From the NCBI GenBank assembly GCA_965262725.1, contig OZ253555.1, forward strand, positions 3,392,001 to 3,456,000: a DNA stretch of 64,000 nt, written 5' to 3'. The notes beneath the pieces are model-generated. The model searched no databases, had not been told where the DNA came from, and worked only from the letters and a program-made list of their open reading frames with translations. Shown here one piece after another: positions 29,729 to 38,849 of this stretch (position 1 is its first letter; each line of letters opens with the position of its first letter). Position numbers and translations under genes: made by a program. Origin of the DNA: Dehalococcoidia bacterium. GTDB lineage: Bacteria; Chloroflexota; Dehalococcoidia; UBA2979.

Positions 29729-31168
29729 CTACACCGTCGCCAAACCTGTGGTCGGCGGTCCGGGAGCTCCGGTTCCATCCGCTTCGTGGCCTCCGAGCGG
29801 CACCAGCTGGTAGCCGAGCTTCCTGGCCCTGCGTCTCGCGTTGCGGAGGGCTCTCTCGTGGTGCTGCGCCTCGTAGTACTCGGCTCCGGCGTCCGTGTAC
29901 CCGTGTCCGTACTTCAGGCTCGAGTAGATGATCCTCGCCAGCTTGTGAGCCGTCGCAGTGATGGCCTTGGCTGGCCCCAGCTGCGCCTTCTTCCTCCGCA
30001 GGAACGCCCCCAGGGCGCTGTTGGAGCGGTGAAGACCGAAGGCGGCAAGACGCAGGGCCGCTGCTGCCCGGTTCGCCGACGGCGTGGTCCGGGAGCTGAT
30101 GACCTTGCCTCCGGTGACGCGGTTGTTCGGGCTCAGGCCCAACCACGATGCGAAGTGCTTCGGGGTTTCCCAGCGGCTCATGTCCACCCCGACCTCGCTG
30201 ACGACCTTCAGCGCCGTATGGGCGTCCACGCCATCGATGCGCGTCAGGTCCACCCCCGTCATCCGGTAGAGATGGCTCCGCACGTCGAACGCCGGCGCAT
30301 TCTTGGCGCGCTTCGACCGCTTGGGCTTCCCGAGAGGCGGCCGGGGGTCGCCGGAATCGTCCCACTCCTCCAGTAGCGCCTCGAGCTTCCCGTCGCACTC
30401 GGCGATCTTGCCCTGGTACACCCGGTAGAGATCCCGGGCCTGCGCCAGTTCGAAGAGGTGCTCCTCCCGCCAGTGCCCCTCCAGTGACCGGGCGATCATC
30501 GACGTGTCCGCCCGGATCCTCGGGTCACGCAGCTGCGCCAGCTTCACGGGGTCACGCTCGCCACCAATGACGGCATCAATGATGGCCAGTCCCGTCGCGC
30601 CGGTGATGTCGCTGATGACGTGCTGGAGCTTGACGTTCATCTGGGTCAGGGCCTTCTGCATGTGCTGAACGTGTCTGGCCGCGTCCTCGACCAGCAGGGC
30701 TCGCTGCCGCATGTAGCTGCGCAGTCGGCGGATATCCTCATCGGGACGGAAGGCTCCGGAGAGCAGCCCGTAGGTGTGAAGCTGCTGGATCCACTGGCTG
30801 TCCAGCACATCCGTCTTGCGGCCGGGCGCATTCTTGATGCCCCTCGGGTTCACCAGCAGCACCTCGAATCCCCGCTCCTCCAGCACTCCGAAGAGCGGGA
30901 TCCAGTACACCCCCGTCGACTCCAGCGCCACGGTCTCGATGCCGCACTCGGCCAACCAGTCCGCCAGGCGGTACAGGTCGCCCGTGAAAGCTGCGAACTC
31001 CCGCACCGGCGTATCGGAACGGTCCTCGGGGACTGCCACGAAGTGGCTCTCGGCGCCCACATCGATCCCGGCCGCGTTCAGGTTCACCCGGGACAGCGCC
31101 GCGGGCAGTACCGGCGGATCGCCCCGCGTTCCGTCGGCGCGCCGGGCACTCTCGCCTCGTGTCTCCAT
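29729..31168 (-). CDS. IS110-family DEDD recombinase
   Basis: AGIDVG, ALESTGVYW, GRKTDVLDSQW, FASWLGLSP..TGG, KAITATAHKLAR. Confidence 0.95.
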   Translation of the reverse strand: METRGESARRADGTRGDPPVLPAALSRVNLNAAGIDVGAESHFVAVPEDRSDTPVREFAAFTGDLYRLADWLAECGIETVALESTGVYWIPLFGVLEERGFEVLLVNPRGIKNAPGRKTDVLDSQWIQQLHTYGLLSGAFRPDEDIRRLRSYMRQRALLVEDAARHVQHMQKALTQMNVKLQHVISDITGATGLAIIDAVIGGERDPVKLAQLRDPRIRADTSMIARSLEGHWREEHLFELAQARDLYRVYQGKIAECDGKLEALLEEWDDSGDPRPPLGKPKRSKRAKNAPAFDVRSHLYRMTGVDLTRIDGVDAHTALKVVSEVGVDMSRWETPKHFASWLGLSPNNRVTGGKVISSRTTPSANRAAAALRLAAFGLHRSNSALGAFLRRKKAQLGPAKAITATAHKLARIIYSSLKYGHGYTDAGAEYYEAQHHERALRNARRRARKLGYQLVPLGGHEADGTGAPGPPTTGLATV

Positions 31169-31174
31169 CCTCTC

Positions 31175-31360
31175 GCCCCCTCCCCCACAGCGTGGGCGTG
31201 TGACCGGAGGGAGCCACGACCAGACCGACACTCTACCGAACGGGATCGCCCCGACGGGACGTCACCAGTGATGCAGTCGCAGGGCTCCCGGACCATGCTT
31301 TTGAACGGGCAGATCGCACCAACGATGTACCGGCCTCGGCCCGGTCATCACGCCTCGCCG
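31175..31360 (-). ncRNA. Predicted IS110 bridge RNA
   Basis: Upstream non-coding region with four segments matching target and donor junctions; TATAGT -10-like box at 31363-31368. Confidence 0.7.
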
Positions 31361-32189
31361 CGACTATACATCGCCGCTCGGCCCACCCCAGTTAGTGGCT
31401 TGCTGCACCGCCCGGCCGCCGGGGGTGGGGTGCTTTTGAGGAGCACCCGGACGCCGCGATTTACCTGTCGATGCCGGGCCTGGGGCCCGTGCTCGGCGCC
31501 CGGGTGCTGGGCGAGTTCGGGGATGAACCCGAACGCTTCGTGTCCGCGAAGTCCCGCAGGAACTACGCGGGCACGTCGCCGCTCACCATATCATCGGGGC
31601 GGAAGCGGGCGGTCACCGCGCGCCACGTGCGGAACCGGCGCCTCTACGACGCGGTACACCTGTGGGCGTTCTGCTCGCTCCAGGCGAGTCCCGGGTGTCG
31701 GGCGTACTACCAGCAGCGGCGGGCGCTGGGCGACGGGCACAACCAGGCGCTGCGCGCCCTCGCCAACCGCCTGGTCGCGTTCCTGCACGGCTGCCTGAGC
31801 ACGCGTCGGCTCTACGACGAGCAGGCGGCCTGGGGCGGCCTGAAGACTGAGCCTGCCGAGCTCGCCGCCTGACGGAGGTCGTTGAGCGCCTCGGCGGGCC
31901 CGGACTCATCCAGGGTCTGGAGCTCGTTGAGGGCGCAACATGGCGCGACGAGTACCTGCGCACCCCGCATCACGGGCGACCGGCAGCGGTCGGCCAGCCA
32001 CCGCATGTCCGCGAAGCCGACACGCATCTCACGCCGGCCAGGACCATCCTCTCCGGCGGCGTCGACCTCGGAACACCGCCGCGATCACGACTCTAGCACG
32101 GCGCTCCGGCCGCTCACGATCTCCTTCGCCTCGCGCACCCGACGCCCCGATCCGCTGCCCGGGTGGGGGCGCCCCTTGCGCGTTACGGA

Positions 32190-32400
32190 CATGGGGTGTC
32201 TTCCTCGCCCAGGCGCTCGGCTACTCAGCCGTCCGCTCCGGACGCACCGTCCGCTTCGCCCCGGCCGACCACTACTTCCGCGAGATGGCGCAGGCCCGCG
32301 TCGACCACTCGGCCGAGAAGGTCTTCCGAAGCTTCCTCGCCCCCGACCTGCTCATCCTCGACGACCTCGGGCTCCACCGGCTCAGCGCGCAGCAGTCGAG
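32190..32400 (+). pseudogene. IS21 IstB ATPase fragment
   Basis: FLAQALG..PDLLILDDLGL Walker B. Confidence 0.78.
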
Positions 32401-32838
32401 CGTGTCTCCCGCGCCGCCGGTAGATTCCATGCAGTCCTGCGCTCCGCATTAGCCGTGCCACCCGCTTGCGACCGCAACGGACGCCCTGCCCGAGCCGCAG
32501 TTCGGCGTGCACCCACGGCGCTCCGTAGCTGCCTCGCGACATGGCGTGGATCTCCACGATCTGCTCGCTCAGCGCCTGGTCGGCGACGGCGCGGGCCGAG
32601 GGCGCCCGCTCTTCCCACTCGTAGTAGCCCGCTGTCGAGACCGCGAGTACCCGGCAGGCCACCGCCACGACGACCCCGTCGGCGGCAAGCTCACGGACCA
32701 GCCGGTATCTCATTTTGGGAGCACGTTCTCGCGCGCGAAGAGGGCGGCGGCGCGCTTCAGAATCTCGTTCTCCATCTCCAGGGTGCGGTTGGCCCGGCGC
32801 AGCCGCACCAGCTCCGCCCGCTCGTCGCTCGTCATCTC
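32401..32838 (-). pseudogene. IS3-family fragment (OrfA end + OrfB start)
   Basis: ELVRLRRANRTLEMENEILKRAAALFA; CRVLAVSTAGYY..SRGSYGAP..GRKRVARLMR. Confidence 0.85.
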
Positions 32839-32899
32839 CCGGTCCACGGTTTTCTTGGACACCTGATTGGGGCAGGCTGCCCCGGCAGAGGAGGTGTCC

Positions 32900-33250
32900 A
32901 TGACCAGCTCCGCACAGGGATTGAACGAGCGTAGTGCGTCGCGAACGGAGCGCGGTCGCTTCTCCTCGCGACGGAAGAGCGAGGCGGTGCTGAGGCTGCT
33001 GCGCGGCGAGGAGTTGGACGCGCTCTCGCGCGAGCTGGGGGTGACCGCAGCGACGCTGTCGCAGTGGCGCGAGCGCTTACTCGCCGCCGGCCGGGCCTCG
33101 CTCACGAGCCGGCCTGCCGACGAGCGTGACGAGGAGATCCACCGACTGCAGGCGAAAGTCGGCGAGATCACGATGGCGAACGAGCTCCTGCTCCAGCGCG
33201 CGCATCAGCTGGAGGCAGGACTCCCTTTGGCACGCCGGAGGTCGAGGTGA
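32900..33250 (+). CDS. IS3-family transposase OrfA
   Basis: RKSEAVLRLLRGE..SRELGV..LQAKVGEITMANELL. Confidence 0.88.
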   Translation: MTSSAQGLNERSASRTERGRFSSRRKSEAVLRLLRGEELDALSRELGVTAATLSQWRERLLAAGRASLTSRPADERDEEIHRLQAKVGEITMANELLLQRAHQLEAGLPLARRRSR

Positions 33251-34149
33251 TGAGTCGAACCACCTCGCCCTCCACGGGACGGCCGTACGGCACGACGCGC
33301 ATCTGCCAGCTGTGGGAGGTCCCGCGCTCGACCGTCTACGAGCGGCGGGCACGGGCGCGACGGCCTCTGCGGCCAGCAGCGAAGCGCGGGCCGAGGCAGG
33401 CGTGGACGGACGAGGCTCTCACGGAGCAGGTCCGAGCTGTGCTCGCCGCCTCCCCGTTCACGGGCGAGGGCTACCGCAAGGTGTGGGCGCGGCTGCGGCT
33501 GGCCGGTGTGCGCACCTCGAAGGGCCGGGTGCTGCGGCTGATGCGGGAGGCGGGACTGCTCGCCCCGACCCGCGTCGGGCGTCGGCGCGGACCGCGGGTG
33601 CACGACGGGACGATCACCACCGAGCGGCCTGACGAGATGTGGGGGACCGACGCGACCTCCTGCCTCACCACCCGCGAGGGGAACGCCACCGTCTTCATCG
33701 CCGTCGATCACTGCACGCAGGAGTGCATCGGCATCCACGCGGCGCGACCGGGCACGCGCTTCGAGGCGCTGGAGCCGCTGCGGCAGGGGCTCCGGGAGCA
33801 CTTCGACGGCTACGAGGCGGACCTCGCGCGGGGACTCGCTCTCCGCCACGACCACGGCAGCCAGTACCTGAGCGACCACTTTCAGGAGGAGCTGCGCTTC
33901 CTCGGCATCCGCTCCAGCCCGTCCTTCGTAGCCGCGCCCGAGGGCAACGGCTGCGCGGAACGCTTCATCCGCACGCTGAAGGAGCAGCTGCTGTGGGTGG
34001 AGCACTTCGAGACGGTGGAGGAGCTACGCCAGGCGCTGCTCGCCTTCAAGCAGCGCTACAACCAGCACTGGCTCGTCGAACGGCACGGCCACCGCACCCC
34101 AGCCGCCGTCCGCGAGGCGCTCTCGCCGCGCACCGGGGCGGCCGCATGA
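33247..34149 (+). CDS. IS3-family DDE transposase OrfB
   Basis: WGTD, RHDHGSQY, NGCAERFIRTLKE. Confidence 0.92.
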   Translation: MMSRTTSPSTGRPYGTTRICQLWEVPRSTVYERRARARRPLRPAAKRGPRQAWTDEALTEQVRAVLAASPFTGEGYRKVWARLRLAGVRTSKGRVLRLMREAGLLAPTRVGRRRGPRVHDGTITTERPDEMWGTDATSCLTTREGNATVFIAVDHCTQECIGIHAARPGTRFEALEPLRQGLREHFDGYEADLARGLALRHDHGSQYLSDHFQEELRFLGIRSSPSFVAAPEGNGCAERFIRTLKEQLLWVEHFETVEELRQALLAFKQRYNQHWLVERHGHRTPAAVREALSPRTGAAA

Positions 34150-34189
34150 TTACCGCCAGCGATGTGTCCAAGAAACCAGGAGCGGTGCA

Positions 34190-34304
34190 AGGGCAGCGTC
34201 GGGAGGGCCGGGAGAGCGCGCTCCTCGTCTTGCCCACATGCCGCCGCGATGAGGGCGAGAGCAGCCGCCGAGACGAGCACCTGAAGGAGGCGATGCACAG
34301 TCAT
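34190..34304 (-). pseudogene. Lipoprotein N-terminus cut by the IS3 right end
   Basis: VHRLLQVLVSAAALALIAAACGQ lipobox; frame runs into the IS end. Confidence 0.55.
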
Positions 34305-34626
34305 CGCTCGATGCTAGCGGAACTCCGCCGGCAACCCGCCTAGCGGCGACAGACCGCACAGATTCACAGCGCGAGCGAATCACTCGCCCAGAGTCGAGCA
34401 AAGCTCCGGTCAGCGCGGGGACGTGCGCCGGCCTGCCGGTGCGGGAGTGGGCGCTGGCGCGTCCTTTTCCCCGATCGAAACGCGCGCGGGGTCGAGGACT
34501 GTTACTTCACACGCGGGCGAATCTCGTCGGCTTCCAACGCGCGGAAGAAGAACCGCATCCACGCCTCCCGGCGGCGCCGATGGGAGCGCGGCTCGGTCGG
34601 CCGCTGGAGTCGTTGGGCGTCACGCC

Positions 34627-34680
34627 CGGCGGCAATTCGGCGGCAATTGCGCGCGCCCTAAGCAATTGCGCAGCGCCTAA
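34627..34680. repeat. Short direct repeats 3' of tRNA-Ser (possible integrase arm sites)
   Basis: CGGCGGCAATT x2 (34627-34648); GCAATTGCGC..CCTAA x2. Confidence 0.55.
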
Positions 34681-34704
34681 CCGGCCTCTCTTAGATACGA
34701 AATG

Positions 34705-34792
34705 TGGCGGAGGGGGTGGGATTCGAACCCACGGTGGCGTGAGCCACGGCGGTTTTCAAGACCGCTCCCTTAAACCACTCGGGCACCCCTCC
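34705..34792 (-). tRNA. tRNA-Ser(TGA)
   Basis: GGAGGGG acceptor, GCGGT-CTTGAAA-ACCGC anticodon arm, long variable arm, TTCGAAT, GCCA end. Confidence 0.96.
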
Positions 34793-34853
34793 GCGTGTCA
34801 TTCTAGGTTCAGAGTCGGCAGTGTCACTCCACCGGGAAGCCACACGCGCCGGC

Positions 34854-34876
34854 TCTGACAGCCAATCTGACAGCCA
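34854..34876. repeat. TCTGACAGCCA x2 just past the integrase remnant stop (possible arm sites)
   Basis: Copies at 34854-64 and 34866-76. Confidence 0.6.
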
Positions 34877-34881
34877 CGGGA

Positions 34882-35030
34882 TCAGGAAGCGCCCCAGTAG
34901 CTCATCGATTCGCTCGTCGCGTCGCGAGTCGCAGTGAGCGTGACATGGCCGTATACGTCTGCGGTCACCGCGACCGTGCTATGACCCAGTACCTCCTGCA
35001 CCACCTTGAGAGGAACGCCCCTGTCGCACC
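34882..35030 (-). pseudogene. Tyrosine integrase C-terminal remnant
   Basis: GVPLKVVQEVLGHSTVAVTADVYGHV box II with catalytic Tyr. Confidence 0.85.
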
Positions 35031-35472
35031 GGACGTCGTTTTCCGTCCCACCGCGTCGCGACCCCGCCGCGACGTCGACACTCTCGTCGCAAGACTTATG
35101 CGCGGCGTATCGGGTGCACGTGCTCGGGCGGGAAAAGGGCGAGTGTCGATGAACGAGACTCCGGAGGGAACCCGGCGGCGCCCCGTCCACCTCTCCCATC
35201 CTGGGCTCTACCCCGCGGCGTCAGGGGGGGCGAGCTCACCGAGCCACGCCCGCCGAACGAGTTCGCCGCCGCGCTCGATGTAGGCCCACTTCTCGATGTC
35301 TTCGTCCTCGATGACCGTGGTGAGCACCCCTGCGACCCTCGCCGCGATATCGAGCTTGAAGCGCTCGTTGGCTGCTCTCCGCCGGTTCTCCGGGGGTCGC
35401 GGGCGTCTGAAAAGAGGGGCGCGGGAGCGCTGTGCGTGCCAGAGGGGGGCGGGCTCGGACGCCCGTTGGCCG

Positions 35473-35688
35473 CTACCCACGCTCTCGCTTGAGCAGTGCC
35501 TTTAGGGTCTCGTCGATCCGACGCTGCCGCGTCTCGAAACGCTTCGCCTCCTCGATCGCTCGCACGTACTCGCGCTGATGGCTATGGCTGAGCGCGCGCC
35601 ACGTCGTCAACCCTCGCGTATCATCCGGGAGTCGCGGAATCGTGCGGAGCGGTCCCGCCTGCGTCCCGGCTCTGGAGGGCGGCGTCAT
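35473..35688 (-). CDS. YdeI/OmpD-associated domain protein (probably a fragment)
   Basis: LSHSHQREYVRAIEEAKRFETRQRRI. Confidence 0.65.
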   Translation of the reverse strand: MTPPSRAGTQAGPLRTIPRLPDDTRGLTTWRALSHSHQREYVRAIEEAKRFETRQRRIDETLKALLKRERG

Positions 35689-35759
35689 GACCACGACCAC
35701 CCCCCCTCCTCCACGTTGGTTCGGCCGAGAAGTTGAAGCTTGAGCAGCCGAGGGTCGTG

Positions 35760-37055
35760 TCAGTGGCCGGGCGGCGGCGCAGGGGCAAGCGAGCGCCGAG
35801 CAGGCGCGCGCGCCAGCATTACGAGACCGGCTGCCGCCGCGCTCGCCATAGCCACCGCCAGCAAGATACCGTCGTAGCTCCCCGCGACGTCGTAGTAAGC
35901 CGTGAAGACGACAGGGCCTGAGGCGCCAAAGAGGAGTCGCGCGGGCATCACCGCGCTTCGCACCGCTCCCAGGTGGCGACGCCCGAAGAAGGTCGCCCAC
36001 ATCAGCTCCTGCAGCGGCACGTAGCCCGCCATCCCGACGCCCGCGGTCAGGAACCCGGTGACCGCGAGCGTCGTGCTGCCGGAGCGGGCCGCGCCGAGGA
36101 CGGTCAGCTCTCCGACGGCGATCGCCAAGAATGCGACCAGCGCGACGCGGCGCGGTTCGATCCGCTCCGCGGCGAGTCCCCAGAAGGGGCGCGTCAGTAG
36201 ACCCGGCAACGCGAGCAGCGATAGGAGTGCTGCACTCTCGGCGCGCGAGAATCCGGCGTCCGTCATCAACGGGATCGCCTGCGTCGCGAGGGCGATGAGC
36301 CCGAAGCCCACCAGCCCGAATGCCGCTACGAGGAGCCACGTGACGGGGGTCCGTAACGCCTCGCCGCGCGTCAATGACGTCTCGTAGTCCCATCGCTCGG
36401 CGTCGGCTTCTGCCGCCGCCGTTTCGCCGCACCGCCCGTCTGGGCGCAGCCCATAGTCTTCCGGCTGCCGCCGCATCAGCAGCGCCGCGGGAAGCACGAG
36501 GAGCAACGCGAGTATGGCCAGTGCCCGCCAGCCGGCTCGCCAGCCGAACTCGTCGACAATGGGCGTCAGCACGTTTGGGAAGACCACCCCCGCGAGCGAG
36601 AGCCCCACGGCTGCTATCCCGATGGCCCGTCCGCGGTGGCTGACGAACCACTTCGACACGACGACGTGCACGACCAGGGGACCCGCCATGCCGAGACCGA
36701 TCGGCTGAAGGAAGCCGCGGATGAGGATCCACTGCCACAGCTCGCGGACCTCGGCCGTCAGCAAGAGGGAGACGACCACGATGACCGTCCCCGTCAGCAT
36801 GAGAGAGCGCCCCCCGTGGCGGTCGATGACGCTACCGATCGCGACGCCGGTCGCCCCGGCAACGAACTGGCCGGTCGTGAACGCAGCGATGAACTCCGTG
36901 CGCGACCAGCCGAGCTCCTCGCTCATCGGCTCGAGGAAGACGCCGGGGATATAGCCGATGAGTCCGGCGCCCATCACGAAGTTCGCGACGAAAGCGCCCG
37001 CGACGATGTACCACCCGTAGTAAATTCGCGCGCCGCCCGCCGAGCTGGCCGTCAA
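35760..37055 (-). CDS. MFS transporter
   Basis: YYGWYIV, GSVIDRHGGR, SKWFVSHRGRAIG, multiple TM segments. Confidence 0.9.
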   Translation of the reverse strand: MTASSAGGARIYYGWYIVAGAFVANFVMGAGLIGYIPGVFLEPMSEELGWSRTEFIAAFTTGQFVAGATGVAIGSVIDRHGGRSLMLTGTVIVVVSLLLTAEVRELWQWILIRGFLQPIGLGMAGPLVVHVVVSKWFVSHRGRAIGIAAVGLSLAGVVFPNVLTPIVDEFGWRAGWRALAILALLLVLPAALLMRRQPEDYGLRPDGRCGETAAAEADAERWDYETSLTRGEALRTPVTWLLVAAFGLVGFGLIALATQAIPLMTDAGFSRAESAALLSLLALPGLLTRPFWGLAAERIEPRRVALVAFLAIAVGELTVLGAARSGSTTLAVTGFLTAGVGMAGYVPLQELMWATFFGRRHLGAVRSAVMPARLLFGASGPVVFTAYYDVAGSYDGILLAVAMASAAAAGLVMLARAPARRSLAPAPPPGH

Positions 37056-37240
37056 CCGCGCATCCCCCCACAGCCAACAGCGCTGCCTGCACTGCTCGGC
37101 GTGCCGCTCGCCTCCACAGCACATACCGTCTCTACCGCACCGAAGCTACCTCTGTGGCGAGGCCCCAGCCCCCCGGAACTCGCGACGGCCATCGTAAGAT
37201 GCGCCCTGGATTCTCAAGGCGCCTGCCCAAGGGGGATGTC

Positions 37241-37645
37241 ATGGTCCAGACTGCCGCGACACTCAGGCGGGGCTTCGTGCTGAGCCCGCACGGCAACATC
37301 GAGTACTTCGAGGTGGGCAGCGGTGAGCCGTTGATCATGCTTCACCCGACGCCCAGCTCGTCCATGGCGTTCCGGGAGGTGGCGCCGCCGCTCGCCGAGG
37401 ACGCACGTGTGATCGCGATGTCGACGATGGGCTTCGGGCACTCGGACCGCCCGCCGGACCCGTACACGACCCTCCACCAGTTCGCGCAGGCGGTCGTGTG
37501 GCTGATGGACGGCCTCGGTCTGGGGCGCGCGCACCCGAAGTTCCTCTCGACGATCCGCCGCTCGCGGGGCGTGCGCCTCCCCAACCGCGAGCCCGAACTG
37601 TGGGCGTCGGAGATCCGCGCGTTCCTGCGCGAGCCGGGCGTCTGA
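37241..37645 (+). pseudogene. Alpha/beta hydrolase paralog of 60604-61425 with in-frame internal deletion (~139 aa)
   Basis: Closely matching N-terminus to DGLGL joined directly to GRAH.KFL C-terminus. Confidence 0.85.
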
Positions 37646-37708
37646 TTCGACCCGCACGCTCATCTGCGATCCAGAGCTGATCGCCGAGGAGCTCGAGATG
37701 GAGGCGGC

Positions 37709-38800
37709 ATGGTCAGCGCGGACTGGGTGCATTCTTGGGATCCTGTGATCGCGGCGATCGGCCGCGACTTCTCCGGAGAGACCACGTCGGTCGCGGCCGA
37801 CGCTGTGGAGGCGGGGGCCGTTCGGCGCTTCTGTGAGGTGCTCGAGCTCGGGTGCCCGCTCCATCACGACCCCGAGGTTGCGCGTCGATTCGGATTCCGC
37901 GACATCGTCGCACCGCAGAGCGTTACATCGACCTGGGCACGGCGCGCTTCCTGGCGCCCTGGCGACCCAACTCGCTACCCCACCGCGGACGCGGACGTCT
38001 GGATCGCCGGCGAGATGCCGTCAGATCAGCTGCCGCTGTTGCCACAACCACCCGGAGCGCGCTCGTTCGTGACGGGCATCGAGATCGAATACTTCGAGCC
38101 GATCTGCGTCGGGGACCGGCTCGCCTCGAGCGGACGCCGGCTGGTGTCGGTGACGCCGAAGGAGACGAGTGTCGGCCGCGGCGCGTTCGTGACCTTTCAG
38201 AGCGAAGTTCGCAATCAGGCCGGCGCGCTCGTCGCGAAGATCAACAACGGTAGCTTCCACCACAGCCCGCGTCCGGGCGGCGACGTCGCGGCGATGGCAC
38301 CGGCCGCCGAGAAGCCGGCCGCGCAGCGGGTCGATGCGAACGTGGAGGCCGTCCCGGTTGACTGGACCTACCAGCGCTACTTCGAGGAGATCTCGGAGGG
38401 CGACCACGTCCCGCCGGTCGCACTCAACCTCACGACAGCCCGTCTCGTGGTCGAGGCAGGCGCCAACCTCGACTTCAGCCCGCTGCACCACAACTCGGCG
38501 GTCGCCCGTGCATGGGGTGCGCCGGCGATGTTCGCGAACAGCGTCTTCATCCAGGGCTGGTGGGAGCGAACCGTGCGCGAGTACATCGGGCTCGCTGGCC
38601 GCATCCACAAGCTCGGCCCGCTGCGCATGCGCGTCTTCAACACCGTCGGGGAGACGGTCGTGACCAGAGGCCTTGTGAAGCGCGCCTGGCATGAGCGCGG
38701 GGCGGGGTACCTCGAGCTAGAGATGCGCTCCGAAACCTCCCTCGGCGTCACGGTCGGTCCTGGCCCTGTGATCGTCTCGCTCCCGACGCGCTCGGGCTGA
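37709..38800 (+). CDS. Double hot-dog MaoC-like acyl-CoA hydratase
   Basis: GAVRRFCE, PICVGD, NLDFSPLHH. Confidence 0.85.
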   Translation: MVSADWVHSWDPVIAAIGRDFSGETTSVAADAVEAGAVRRFCEVLELGCPLHHDPEVARRFGFRDIVAPQSVTSTWARRASWRPGDPTRYPTADADVWIAGEMPSDQLPLLPQPPGARSFVTGIEIEYFEPICVGDRLASSGRRLVSVTPKETSVGRGAFVTFQSEVRNQAGALVAKINNGSFHHSPRPGGDVAAMAPAAEKPAAQRVDANVEAVPVDWTYQRYFEEISEGDHVPPVALNLTTARLVVEAGANLDFSPLHHNSAVARAWGAPAMFANSVFIQGWWERTVREYIGLAGRIHKLGPLRMRVFNTVGETVVTRGLVKRAWHERGAGYLELEMRSETSLGVTVGPGPVIVSLPTRSG

Positions 38801-38849
38801 GGCGGCGTGGTGAGATGAGGGAGGCGCCACGAAGCGAGCCCGTTCTCGG

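Larger units (their letters stand above)
29720..31434 (-). mobile_element. Intact IS110-family element inserted at a CT/AG core
   Basis: CT at 29718-19 and 31433-34; removing the insert restores the host frame; subterminal IRs AGTTAGT/ACTAACT. Confidence 0.88.
29306..31872 (+). pseudogene. IS110-family transposase (host copy), 5'-truncated and split by a second IS110
   Basis: 29306-29719 (NRLRSALLQYFP) joins in frame to 31435-31872 (FEEHPDA..PGLGP..NYAGTSP..SSG..RALANRL). Confidence 0.88.
32839..34189 (+). mobile_element. IS3-family element
   Basis: IRs ..TTTCTTGGACAC (to 32862) and GTGTCCAAGAAA..TGCA (34164-34189); left tip clipped. Confidence 0.85.
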
